This document shows positions 14,223 through 26,710 of a stretch of 64,000 nt of DNA, one piece after another. How positions within the stretch are numbered: the first letter of the stretch is position 1; the number at the start of each line of letters is the position of its first letter. Below the pieces are notes generated by a model. The model had not been told where the DNA came from. It did not search any database and saw only the letters and a program-made list of their open reading frames with translations. The DNA is from Macrostomum hystrix (Eukaryota > Animalia > Platyhelminthes), in contig CATNEN010000038.1 of assembly GCA_950097015.1 (NCBI GenBank), positions 14,694,001-14,758,000 on the forward strand, in the 5' to 3' direction. Both the position numbers and the translations under genes were made by a program.

Positions 14223-15029
14223 ATTTGCCTTAGTTTTACATTTTCCATCCACTGTTATATAATCCAACTTTTTCGTTCAATTTGGAACACTTAAAATAGG
14301 AAGAAAATATGCTAAAAGTATGTTTTGGGATCGAGATCAGAATTGCAGCGATACAAATTTGTAGAAGGCAAAGAGGATATAAAAGCATCTGCTAACAATT
14401 ATTAACTTAACTAACAAGTGAACTTTCACAGCTCCCTATCAATCTAAGCGACACAACTAATTCTGGAAATAGTTAATCAACCAACCAACCAACCAAGGCA
14501 TTTGTTATGCCTGTCGACTAGGTATTTTCCAATTGAATGCCAATAATTAAGGAGGCCCTAAATTTTCACAACTGTGCGTGCAAAAAATGTTGCCTCCTTG
14601 ACAAAAGCTTTCTTGACAGCTAAGGACGAAATCTTCAGACAAAAAAATGCTCCGAGTCTGAGAGAATTAATTCCATCTGTTGCAGCAGTCGAGGTCAGGA
14701 AAAACACAGGCTGCAACAGCTAATCAATCAATCAGTGAATCTGGGGTGCACGCGCAACAGCAGAGATGGACAGGTCGATTCAGGTCGCAATTTATAGGCG
14801 GATATTGTTGACTGCCCTGTCAACAGTCTGGCTTCCGGTTGCGTGCCAACTGACTCGAGTTTTGTTACACCTCGAATAGCAGGTATTTATACAGCTTGGT
14901 TACTAGCACAATGGGTTCAATGCTGAACGGAAGGAAGTGCGAATTGGAAGTGCGCAAGTTTAGGGTTCGCCCTGAACTCCATGAACTGATGAGTTAGCAT
15001 CGAGCAAGCGAGTTAATGACTGAGCGAAA

Positions 15030-15600
15030 CTGAAGGTTCACTGAAGGGATAGCGGTGGGGATCAGAAGGTTCGCTGAAGGAATTGAATTCAGAAACTGAA
15101 AGGACTCTGAAGGGATAGCGGTGGGGATCAGAAGGTTCGCTGAAGGAATTGAATTCAGAAACTGAAAGTACACTGAAGGGATGGCGGTGGGGATCAGAAG
15201 GTTCGCTGAAGGAATTGAATTCAGAAACTGAAAGTACACTGAAGGGATGGCGGTGGGGATCAGAAGGTTTGCTGAAGGAATTGAATTCAGAAACTGAAAG
15301 TACACTGAAGGGATAACAGTGGGGATCAGAAGGTTTGCTGAAGGAATTGAATTCAGAAACTGAAAGTACACTGAAGGGATAACAGTGGGAATCAGAAGGT
15401 TTGCTGAAGGGATAGCGGTGGGGATCAGAAGGTTCGCTGAAGGAATTGAATTCAGAAACTTAAAGTACACTGAAGGGATAGCGGTGGGGATCAGAAGGTT
15501 TGCTGAAGGGATAGCTTTGGGGATCTGAAGGTTGCGGTGGGGATCTGAAGTTTACCTGAAGGGATGGCGGTGGGAATCTGAAGTTTCTCTGAAGGGATAG
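15030..15600. repeat. 63-bp/33-bp satellite (gaagggatagcggtggggatcagaaggttc family)
   Basis: The 33-bp unit of the 18-20 kb array alternates with a 30-bp spacer. Confidence 0.92.
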
Positions 15601-16127
15601 AACGGAAAACATGACAACATGATTGCAAGTCCTATCTACAATGTGCCTAATCATCAATCTTAGGCGATTCCCAACTGGCAAGACTCGACTAATCGGACAA
15701 AGCCGACTAACCCGGTGAGTTCAGGTGAGTTAATCAAGCGCTAATAAGAGATAAAAAAGAGGAAAAAATCGACATGGCAGCGCCAATGATGAAGAGGGGA
15801 TAAGCAGATTTGAGGAGCTGAAAGTAGAAACTTATCAAGAAAATCTTCGCCATCCAAGAAAATCCGACGAGGGAATTAGCGGCCGACCTCAGAACAAAAC
15901 TAGCCGAACACGCGGTTGGGATTTGTCTGCGGCCTGTGTAAATCCCCGACGCGAAATCTCCCACTCATAGGACAGCTGATCTACCTAGGCTTCTGTAAGA
16001 GCTGTCGCCAACAACAACTCAATCAGCGGAGAGACTTAAGAAGAGGACTCAATCAGAGAGTAGCATGGATTTGCATGCTCTTATTTTTAATTCCTGTTTC
16101 TTAGCAGCTTTAAATTTCTCCCACCTC

Positions 16128-17505
16128 AGGGGGGGAGATGAGACAGGTGAGATCTGAGACAGGGGAGAGATGAATCATTGGAGAGATGAATCATGGGAGA
16201 GATGAGACACGGGAGAGAAGAAACAAGGAGATGAGACATGGAGAGATGATACATGGGAGAGATGAGACATGGGATAGATGAGACATGGGAGAGATGAGAC
16301 ATGGGATAGATGAGACATGGGAGAGATGAGACAGGTGAGATTTGAGACAGGAGAGAGATGAGACACGGGAGAGATGAGACATGGGAGAGATGAGACACGG
16401 GAGAGATGAGATAGGTGATATTTGAGACGCGGGAGAGATGAGACATGGGAGAGATGAGACATGGGAGAGATGAGACAGGTAAGAAAAGAGACAGAAGATA
16501 TGAGATAGGGGAGAGATGAGATAGGTGATATTTGAGACACGGGAGAGATGAGACACGGGAGAGATGAGACATGGGAGAGATGAGACAGGTAAGAAAAGAG
16601 ACAGAAGATATGAGATAGGGGAGAGATGAGATAGGTGATATTTGAGACACGGGAGAGATGAGACACGGGAGAGATGAGTCATGGGAGAGATGAGACAGGT
16701 AAGAAAAGAGACAGAAGATATGAGATAGGGGAGAGATGAGACACGGGAGAGATGAGACATGGGAGAGATGAGACAGGTAAGAAAAGAGACAGAAGATATG
16801 AGATAGGGGAGAGATGAGACACGGGAGAGATGAGATAGGTGATATTTGAGACGCGGGAGAGATGAGACATGGGAGAGATGAGACATGGGAGAGATGAGAC
16901 AGGTAAGAAAAGAGACAGAAGATATGAGACCGGGGAGAGATGAGACACGGGAGAGATGAGACAGGTGATATTTGAGACACGGGAAAGATGAGACACGGGA
17001 GAGATGAGACAGGTAAGAAAAGAGACAGAAGATATGAGACAGGGGAGAGATGAGACACGGGAGAGATGAGATAGGTGATATTTGAGACACGGGAGAGATG
17101 AGACACGGGAGAGATGAGACATGGGAGAGATGAGACAGGTAAGAAAAGAGACAGAAGATATGAGATAGGGGAGAGATGAGATAGGTGATATTTGAGACAC
17201 GGGAGAGATGAGACACGGGAGAGATGAGACATGGGAGAGATGAGACAGGTAAGAAAAGAGACAGAAGATATGAGATAGGGGAGAGATGAGACACGGGAGA
17301 GATGAGATAGGTGATATTTGAGACACGGGAGAGATGAGACACGGGAGAGATGAGACATGGGAGAGATGAGACGGGTAAGAAAAGAGACAGAAGATATGAG
17401 ACCGGGGAGAGATGAGACAGGTGATATTTGAGACACGGGAGAGATGAGACATGGGAGAGATGGGACAGGTAAGAAAAGAGACAGAAGATATGAGACAGGG
17501 GAGAG
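16128..17505 (-). repeat. 16-bp minisatellite family in reverse orientation, with higher-order blocks
   Basis: gggagagatgagacac units with recurring ggtaagaaaagagacagaagata and ggtgatattt inserts. Confidence 0.95.
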
Positions 17506-18136
17506 CAAGTGTTGGAAGGGCCAGAGGGCTCGCCAAACCCAAATATACACAATTTCTTGTTTCTTTCTAATTGTGACCTTCAGTCCGGCAACTAAATAAA
17601 GAAGAGAACTAAACTCTTTGTTTGCTGGTTACGAGAATTAAAAATTCCATAAAAACGGCCCCAGCTAGTTCAGTTAGGAGGAGCTGATTGAATCGTCTAC
17701 CGTGACGAATGGCCGAACTAGCCAAGTGTAAAATAAACTAACCCGCTCAACTAGACCCGATCGACTAGACCTTAGTAGAATAAGCTGGACACTAGGGCGA
17801 CAAAGACTTTACAAAGAGAAGGGCGAACAAAGACCCCAATAACTAAGCTGGACGGCTAGACCTAGATTGACAGCCGATGATAAATAATGATTGTCCAGTC
17901 TGTGGAAAACTCTAGACGACACGCCACAATGGTCGTCCACCCGCAGTTTAATGAACGAATAGCTCGAAATTGAAAGTGAATTTTAGAAATGCGTGAAAGA
18001 ATCATTTTTCTAGTTTCTGTTCTCTGATTCACGCATCATGTATTTTACAGAATTGATAAAAACGTATAATTACCAATTTACGACAGGTCTAACTTCCAAG
18101 GCGTCAATAAAATATAGCCATGGGTAATTGAAGCCT

Positions 18137-19930
18137 CACTAAGGGATAGCGGTGGAAAAATGAAGGTTCACTGAAGGGATAGCGGTGGAAAAATGAAGGT
18201 TCACTGAAGGGATAGCGGTGGAAAAATGAAGGTTCACTGAAGGGATAGCGGTGGAAAAATGAAGGTTCACTGAAGGGATAGCGGTGGGGGTCAGAAGGTT
18301 TGCTGAAGGGATAGCGGTGGGGATCAGAAGGTTCACTGAAGGGATAGCGGTGGAGATCAGAAGGTTCACTGAAGGGATAGCTGTAGGGATCAGAAGGTTC
18401 ACTGAAGGGATAGCGGTGGGGATCAGAAGGTTCACTGAAGGGATAGCGGTGGGGATCAGAAGGTTCACTGAAGGGATAGCGGTAGAGATCAGAAGGTTCA
18501 CTGAAGGGATAGCGGTGGGGATCAGAAGGTTCACTGAAGGGATAGCTGTGGGGATCAGAAGGTTCACTGAAGGGATAGCTGTGGGGATCAGAAGGTTCAC
18601 TGAAGGGATAGCTGTGGGGATCAGAAGGTTCACTGAAGGGATAGCTGTGGGGATCAGAAGGTTCACTGAAGGGATAGCTGTGGGGATCAGAAGGTTCACT
18701 GAAGGGATAGCTGTGGGGATCTGAAGGTTTGCTGAAGGGATAGCGGTGGGGATCTGAAGGTTTGCTGAAGGTATAGCGGTGGGGATCAGAAGGTTTGCTG
18801 AAGGGATAGCTGTGGGGATCTGAAGGTTCAATGAAGGAATAGCGGTGGGGATCTGAAGATTTGCTGAAGGGATAGCGGTGGGGATCAGAAGGTTCACTGA
18901 AGGGATAGCGGTGGGGATCAGAAGGTTCACTGAAGGGATAGCGGTGGGGATCAGAAGGTTCACTGAAGGGATAGCTGTGGGGATCAGAAGGTTCACTGAA
19001 GGGATAGCGGTGGGGATCAGAAGGTTCACTGAAGGGATAGCTGTGGGGATCAGAAGGTTCACTGAAGGGATAGCGGTGGGGATCAGAAGGTTCACTGAAG
19101 GGATAGCTGTGGGGATCTGATGGTTTGCTGAAGGGATAGCGGTGGGGATCTGAAGGTTTGCTGAAGGGATAGCGGTGGGGATCAGAAGGTTTGCTGTAGG
19201 GATAGCTGTGGGGATCAGAAGGTTCACTGAAGGGATAGCTGTGGGGATCAGAAGGTTCACTGAAGGGATAGCTGTGGGGATCAGAAGGTTCAATGAAGGG
19301 ATAGCGGTGGGGATCAGAAGGTTCACTGAAGGGATAGCTGTGGGGATCTGAAGGTTTGCTGAAGTGATAGCGGTGGGGATCTGAAGGTTTGCTGAAGGTA
19401 TAGCGGTGGGGATCAGAAGGTTTGCTGAAGGGATAGCTGTGGGGATCTGAAGGTTCACTGAAGGAATAGCGGTGGGGATCTGAAGATTTGCTGAAGGGAT
19501 AGCGGTGGGGATCAGAAGGTTCACTGAAGGGATAGCGGTGGGGATCAGAAGGTTCACTGAAGGGATAACTGTGGGGATCAGAAGGTTCACTGAAGGGATA
19601 GCTGTGGGGATCAGAAGGTTCACTGAAGGGATAGCGGTGGGGATCAGAAGGTTCACTGAAGGGATAGCTGTGGGGATCAGAAGGTTCACTGAAGGGATAG
19701 CGGTGGGGATCAGAAGGTTCACTGAAGGGATAGCTGTGGGGATCTGAAGGTTTGCTGAAGGGATAGCGGTGGGGATCTGAAGGTTTGCTGAAGGGATAGC
19801 GGTGGGGATCAGAAGGTTTGCTGTAGGGATAGCTGTGGGGATCAGAAGGTTTGCTGAAGGGATAGCTGTGGGGATCTGAAGGTTCACTGAAGGGATAGCT
19901 GTGGGGATCTGAAGGTTTGCTGAAGGGATT
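18137..19930. repeat. 33-bp G-rich satellite (gaagggatagcggtggggatcagaaggttcact)
   Basis: About 54 units, with a 627-bp higher-order repeat. Confidence 0.97.
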
Positions 19931-20158
19931 GAGTAATCTTTTTTAACTGTAGATAAGGAGGCATAAAACAAAGCATAACCCTTTTTCTACTTTTCGGAGA
20001 CAGTATTGCCGAGCAACAAAAATCAAATTTTTTTAGGAAGTAAACTCGGTTTAGCATTTGAGATAGTTGAGTACGACTAAAAAAGAAGGATAAAGGGCCA
20101 AAATGTGTAAGCAAGCAAAACTTGAGTATAAGACAAGCAGACAGACGGACGGACAGAA

Positions 20159-20189
<31 letters not shown>

Positions 20190-21127
20190 GGGGTGACTAA
20201 TACGCATTATAGACTTAGCCTAAAGTCGGGCATGTGTGCTCAGAAGGACTCGAATCTACTCATTCCTTCTCACTATACACCTGTCCCCCGAAGGTTTTTG
20301 GCCATACAGAACCTGTCTATTGCTCCACTGGAGAAATGAGGGCGACAGAGGTGGGGTGCGAAATTTAGGGGGTTGAAAATAGAGGAAAAGAAATACGGGA
20401 GAGTGGGGAATAAAGACCCACACCTATATCGATCTGTGAACAATAATAATTCATCAAATTCGCTGACACACGCGCTGCTATGACCTAATCAGTCTAGTCA
20501 CCTGTCGTAAGCCATATCCGAGATGAGAGGAGATGAGAGGAGAGCCACTTCATATGTGCGTGTATAAAAATGTGCGCATGTGAATGCCGACATTGAAAGC
20601 TCACACAGTAGCCCGATTCCTTCACCTGAATTCACGCAGGGCAGAACTGGCTCATACTCCGATCTGTGTGATATTCCGTCAATTCATATACTGGGACTGC
20701 TTTTTATAGAAGAAAGACGGTGTGAATTATTAATTAGATTTTGAAATTCTCTCTATAAAGAATTTCAGGATTAAGGAAGGATGTGGGCACCGGCTTCAAT
20801 TTGATATAGGCCCACACCTGACAAGCGCGTCAAAAGAGAGCGGTGGGAGCGGCAAATAATCATTGCAGGTTCATAGACCTCAATCAAAACAATAGATAGC
20901 TGTCAGTAATCAACAATGAGCAATAGTGTCTAAAATAAAGTTCCGCTGACTTTGAACAAAGCTCAATTGACAATATAGAAATTTTGAAACATAAAAAGTA
21001 GACACCTGGAATGGGTGGTGAGCCTTAAATCTAAAAAAAACAACAGGTTTATACATAAAACTTTCCGGTTTTAGTAGTAACTTCGAACTAGAAACGATGA
21101 ATATAGTACTAGTTCTGGTATCTAGCA

Positions 21128-21470
21128 TGGGGGTGATTGGCAGAACGGTTAACGCGTTTGCCACCAAGGTCCCTGAGCTCGATTCCGCGGTGAGGCCACA
21201 TTTATTTGGGGCGCAGCCGCGGAGAGAAGTCTTGGTGGCTTGTCGTGCAATTTACGCCCTTGAGGGCCAACCTCCAAGGCACAGTGAGAGTGTACACTGC
21301 CTGTCGATGAGAAAGTCAGGGCAGATGTACACACCTGTGTGAGCCTGTGCCTGCGTACAGTATCTGTGTGCGTGTGTGCTCAGGAGTCAGCGAAATGGGC
21401 AGAATTGCCTCCTCGCTGGCTGCGGGTCTAGTGTCACCAAATGATGTGCCATTGCCCGCAGTTCTCAACA
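21128..21470 (+). mobile_element. tRNA-derived SINE, family B (near full length)
   Basis: A box TGGCAGAACGG and B-box-like GCTCGATTCC. Homologous copies at 37468, 44140, 54030 and 59735. Confidence 0.85.
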
Positions 21471-22275
21471 AACAAAACTAAAATCCCCAAGGAACATTGG
21501 GTTTTGACCAAAAAATTCAGAGGGTCAGTTAGATTAGTAAAACATACATGCTCACTCACACACTCACATGCACACACCACAGACAGACATCAAATGAGAC
21601 TATCCTGTCCTTCCTTCCTTCCTTCTGTCTTCTATTTGGAAGCAGCGCGACTTTAAAAAAAGATGCAGACATTCGGACTGATCCTCTAGAGAAATTTGCC
21701 GCCTGCCCGAGCACAAAGAGAATTTCTTTAATGCAAAGGATAGGCCGCCGGTGGAGTAGAGAGACAGACAGAAAAAGAGACAGGTTGTGGAGGCGGCAGT
21801 TGCGACAGAGAAGCCATGGATTAGGACAGGAAATGTATAGGGGGGAATAGGATGAAGCGCAAGTATAGGATCAACTAATACGATATCCCTCGCCATAGCT
21901 CCCCTCCTATAACACCAGGACAGATTTGCTTCTGGTCGTCTATTAGCGTCTGGTCTTGTCAGGCCCTGTAATTATTATACCTGACGCCGGTTGCGCAATA
22001 GACCATCAAGCCGTGTTTCAGCCGCGTTCTGGGTTTCGGAGTAAAATGAGATGGGATGGGAAATAATGCGACAGGGTGGGAGGGGATTAGAAAATATCTT
22101 CTGGAAGAAATTATAATCCAATCCATCAGGAATGGAACGCGAACTGGCCTAGTAAGTTGAAATGGCAATATCCCTTACACAGCTACTATAATATGCGAGC
22201 ATTATGGTACACTAATTCTTGAATATTTTTGCTAATGTTTCAAGAGGGGCGGCAATGAAAACTACCTTCTAATTC

Positions 22276-22447
22276 GTGGTTAGAGCGGCCGACTTGCGAC
22301 TTCTAGGACGGGGGTTCGATTCTTGTCTCTATTGGAACAATTTGGGTCCTTTAGCAAAACAATTAAACACACTAGCATTTACTGGGGTAATTAAGGGTTG
22401 GTGTGGCGTCCCCCCAGTCCATGGACTGAGCAGTCGTTCACAGCCAT
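22276..22447 (+). mobile_element. SINE family A, deleted copy
   Basis: tRNA-like head (gtggttag...gggttcgattc) and 3' ggcgtccccccagtccatggactg match the 62288 copy. Confidence 0.75.
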
Positions 22448-23589
22448 CGTTCACACCCTACCCAATTGATCGAATTGTCTATGGTTCAAAGCTTTACAAA
22501 GCATTTACTCCAGAAATTGTAGCTGTAGTGCCTTTTCGTTACAGCGCTACACTGATACAGCATGTATCTTTCATCACCTAAACTAAACATTTATTCCACC
22601 TGAGAAATTAATCTTATTCAACACACGCTTGTACAGAGAGAGACGAACACAACACTTATAACGTATATTACTTAACCAATGCGCACATAGCCTTATCTCT
22701 TGTCTCCATACTCAGTCTATAGGCCACTCGTCTCTTGCCAATAGCAAGCCGCCCCTAAAAGCAGTTCAGCCATTCGTGACGTCGTTTTTTCTAGTTTCTG
22801 GGCACCTCCAACCCAACCCAGCAACCAACCCCACAGCTTGTTGGAGGAGCGAAGCGTGGGTGTGCATGCTTCTCTCTCGGTAACTCAAGCAGAAAACACA
22901 CACACAGGTAGACGGGACAGCTGAGCGTAGATATTTGAAAGGCACAATGGACCATCATCTATACCTCTACAATAGTTAACATATTAAGAATGTGAAATTC
23001 TATTATTATAAAAGAGGCTAGAATTTCAAAACAAAAGGAAAACGTAGTAAGAAAAAAATTGCAGAGAAGACTTAAAATATATGAGCAGTCTGGTGTGAGC
23101 AGACTCTAATGTGGCGTTCTCACACTTTGGCTATAGTTCTGTGCTTTGAATTCAACAACTATAATAGGGTGTAGGTGAGTTTCTTTGGCATAGCAAACGA
23201 ACAGACAGGTAATACAACAGAGAACGCACGCATCTTTTTGGCGGCAAGGCAAGGCAAGACTATCAATGTGCAATAATAACAAACTCTAAGTGGAAGGCTA
23301 GCTAATACTGTGCCATCAGCTTTAATACTTTCTTGGCTCTGAATTATTAAATATATGACAAAAAGCTATGTTATAAATACATATTTAGACTTAAATGCAT
23401 GTATGATGCATTAAATAACGCAACAATCATAAACCATTTATCACTACGAGGGAATTATGAATGAGTAAATTAAGGCTAGTAAGGTTTGTCATTTACACCT
23501 CGCCTATTTTTAATTTCATAATTACTGAGTAAAAGGTAGCTGGTTGGAGCTTTGGACTTCTCTTCAACCACAATTTTTTTATTCAGATT

Positions 23590-24092
23590 TTTTGGGATCA
23601 GGATTTCAGAGAATCAGGATTTCAGAGAATCGGGATTTCAGGAGAAGAGGGATTTAAAAGAATTAGGATTTCAGGAGAATTAAAATTTTAGAGTCGGGAT
23701 TTCTAAAAAACCGGGAAATCACGTTTTTCTAAGAATCGGGTTATCTAATAATTGTGATTATGAGGAATTTGGATATCTAAGAGTTAGGATTTCTAAGAAT
23801 TGGGACTTCGAAGAATCGGGATTTCAAAGAATTGGGATTTCCTCGAATCGGAATTTCTTCGAATCGCGATATCTAAGAATTAGGATTTCTAAGAATCGGG
23901 ATTTCTTCGAGTCGGGATTTTTTCGAATCGGGATTTCTTCGAATCGGGATATCTAAGAATTAGGAATTCTAAGAATTGAGACTCCTAAGAATCGGGATTT
24001 CAAAGAATTGTGATTTCAAAGAACTGGGATTTCTTAGAATATGGATATCTAAGAATAAGAATTTCTAAGAATCGGGATTTTTTAGAATTGGG
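23590..24092. repeat. Diverged 16-bp minisatellite (aagaatcgggatttct)
   Basis: Degenerate tandem units. Confidence 0.85.
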
Positions 24093-25648
24093 ACCAACAA
24101 GCTTTTGCACCGATACTGGGCATTAGAAATGAACAGTTGAACAAACTTAGTCAAATTATTTTCAATTATATAATAATGTAGCTTTAAGTAAACTGGTTTA
24201 GCATGACTTAGGTCAGGTCAGGAACGAATGAGAATAGACAGCGGGAGACTCATATATAAAGAAAAAGAGAGCAGACATGCTTTGTTAAAACAGATTGTCA
24301 ATCACGCAGTTCAACGATGATAGACAGGCGTAATATATGCTCAGGGCTAAACAGAAAGCTTGGTCAAGCAGTGCTGTTGCGGACAGGTTTTCGTAAAAAG
24401 CTGCAAGTGAGAAACAGCACATAGCTGCTACTGTGTCTTTATAATAATAACTATTATTAACTATTATCAAGTCTCTTATAGAACGCGAAAACTTTGCGAA
24501 AAAATTGAACGTTTTTAAGTGTAGGAAGCGAGACTTTTCGGCGGGAAATTGACAGGATTAAGTGGGGGGCCCGCTTATGTATGCGGAGGGACCAGATCTT
24601 TGGAGGGCGTATAGAAAACTTTGTGCTGAGCGAAAGTCTGTTAGGACAGACAGACAGACCAGAGCTGATTTTCATATCTTTAAATATTTATCTAAATTTT
24701 GTGTTAGCAACTTGTTTAAAAAAATGTTCATTACTTTATTTAACTACAAAATATAGATCGTTCTCATTTCTCTCTTATTTCATTCCTCATTTTTTGAATC
24801 TCTACAGAAGCGTTTTACATTCTTAGAAATAAATTTCAACCTCTGATTCTTACTATACTTGCTATCTATTTTATCTATACTTCAGCGACGAATTACCAAA
24901 AATTCTTCTAATTTAGTCAAAATTATTTTTATAATATCTTCAGAATAGGTAGTGCTGATAAATTCGCAGTAATAAGCTAATATAAAAAGTACTAATATTC
25001 GGTAAGTGCACTTGAAATTTAAGTTGAGTCACGCCCCTATTTATATATTTGGCCTGTAGCAGGAATTTCATTACGCCATTTAACTTGGATAAGAAATGAA
25101 AATTGTCTCAAAACAAAACACTCACCTGACAAAATTTTCAGCATCGAAAATTCAATCCGCATCTACTTAAAAGATTATTATAAAGTAAGATTAAGATGGT
25201 CTAATGTCAAGGACAGCAGCTGCAGCATCAGCAAAAGATGCAGGAAATTCGTCAAGAAAATATTTTAGATAGATGTTACCAGCAACAGTTGAATAGTTGC
25301 TCTATTCAAATAGCTTTGGTTTACAAGCTTGGTGTGAGTTGAACAAAGTGCAGCAGAGAAAATATTTAATAGTAGATGCTCTTAGATTTAGCTACTAGGT
25401 AGAAGACCAATTGACAAATATAGGACTGCAGTCTGTGAAAGGAAGAACAGCTGGGGCGGCTGGCACATAGTTTGCTTGTCTAAATCAGCAAGCAGACCTC
25501 CATTTAGGCCAGCCGAGACAGCTGCCTTCCTATTGGCTGCTATGGGAGAGCCAATAGCGTGGCTTTGTGACCACTTTGTAATTTCTTTGCTTTGTAGTTT
25601 GTCAGACAAATTTCTAACGGGCTAGTTTGAGTAGTATGCAATGAACAT

Positions 25649-26710
25649 TTGCGACGGCCAAGGCTGGACGACAGGGCGACGACTGACCTGGTGTACCGGA
25701 TGCTCAACCTGATGGAAAGGCAGGTGGAACAGCAACAGGGTAAGACGGCGAAGATTGCCAAGTTTTCTCGGGGCCAGGACGTACATCTGTGGGTGGAGGC
25801 GTTTGAAGCGTATTGCGCCCGAGCTGCGATCCGCAGATCGGAGACACACAAGGCCCTTCTACTCGACCACCTCGATGTACAGTGCCTGAATGCCGTCCTC
25901 AGGATGAAGCTGCCCGAAGAGCTCACGTATGCCCAATTCAAGAAGCGTATAGTGGAGCGATTCGTGCAGCTGAGCAGCCCTGAGGAATACCGAGACGAGT
26001 TCCGCAACCGCTATCAGAAGAAAGCGGAAACGCTTGATGACTATGCTGATGCGTTGCAGGGACTCGGTGAGCAGGCCTACACCAACCTTCGCCAGAGAGA
26101 CCTGGACTATGAGTTGGTCGACCAGTTTGTTAAGGGAGATCGGACTTCGGTTGAGAACCGCAAGCACCTGCTGCGGACTCGCCCTAGGACACTCCTGGAA
26201 GCTAGGCGAGAGCTAAAGCGCCTAGAGGTGGTCGATGATGCAGTCCAGAGGGCGAAGGATGGGCCGGCTCGGATGGTGCACGGCGAGAACGAGGACCTGA
26301 ATGCGCGGCCGCCACCGCAAGGTGTTACCGCTGCGCTGAAGGGCCTCGAGTCGCTGATGACCAAGATGGTCGAATGTCAAGGACAGCAGCTGCAGCATCA
26401 GCAAAAGATGCAGGAAATGCTGGTCCAGGCACTCAGTCGACCACAGGGAGCTGTGCAGCAGGAAGGACCGGCGCCGCCAAGAGGGGCATGCTTTGGTTGC
26501 GGAAAGTTCGGACATCTGAGGCGTGATTGCCCGACGAGGCCACCTAAGCCGCGTTACGAGCACCACGCTCAGGGGTACCCAAGAGCGCAACGGCAAGAGC
26601 CCAGGCAGCAGTCCGAGCTGCAGGCCCAAGGCACTCAGACGTCGGGAAACGGGACGGCGAGGAGCATGGACGGCAATGCCACTCGCAGTTCAGTTCCTGG
26701 ACGGGCCTGA
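25649..26710 (+). CDS. gag: Gypsy Gag (true start uncertain)
   Basis: Open 353-codon frame with a capsid-like region (RYQKKAETLDDYADAL) and a CCHC zinc knuckle. Confidence 0.8.
   Translation: MRRPRLDDRATTDLVYRMLNLMERQVEQQQGKTAKIAKFSRGQDVHLWVEAFEAYCARAAIRRSETHKALLLDHLDVQCLNAVLRMKLPEELTYAQFKKRIVERFVQLSSPEEYRDEFRNRYQKKAETLDDYADALQGLGEQAYTNLRQRDLDYELVDQFVKGDRTSVENRKHLLRTRPRTLLEARRELKRLEVVDDAVQRAKDGPARMVHGENEDLNARPPPQGVTAALKGLESLMTKMVECQGQQLQHQQKMQEMLVQALSRPQGAVQQEGPAPPRGACFGCGKFGHLRRDCPTRPPKPRYEHHAQGYPRAQRQEPRQQSELQAQGTQTSGNGTARSMDGNATRSSVPGRA
26644..26686 (+). promoter_or_regulatory. -1 programmed ribosomal frameshift signal
   Basis: G GGA AAC in the gag frame (26644-26650), a 6-nt spacer, then hairpin GCGAG-GA-GCAT...ATGC-CA-CTCGC. 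The -1 frame is open into the protease. Confidence 0.7.

Noticed and set aside
14982-15040. Hammerhead-like CTGATGA...GAAAC
   Set aside because: No UH site is compatible with a stem I pairing, stem II needs a bulge, and the 3' part is satellite sequence.
243-19971. Long ORFs over the arrays (e.g. 516 aa LGNRILG, 610 aa IPTAIPSVNLL, SHLS-rich ORFs)
   Set aside because: They are translations of stop-free tandem units, often open in several frames, with no unique domains. The LRR-like look is coincidental.
25390-25645. 5' LTR of the Gypsy element (contains inverted CCAAT boxes)
   Set aside because: No second copy after 30.7 kb, and no TG...CA ends or PBS could be identified.
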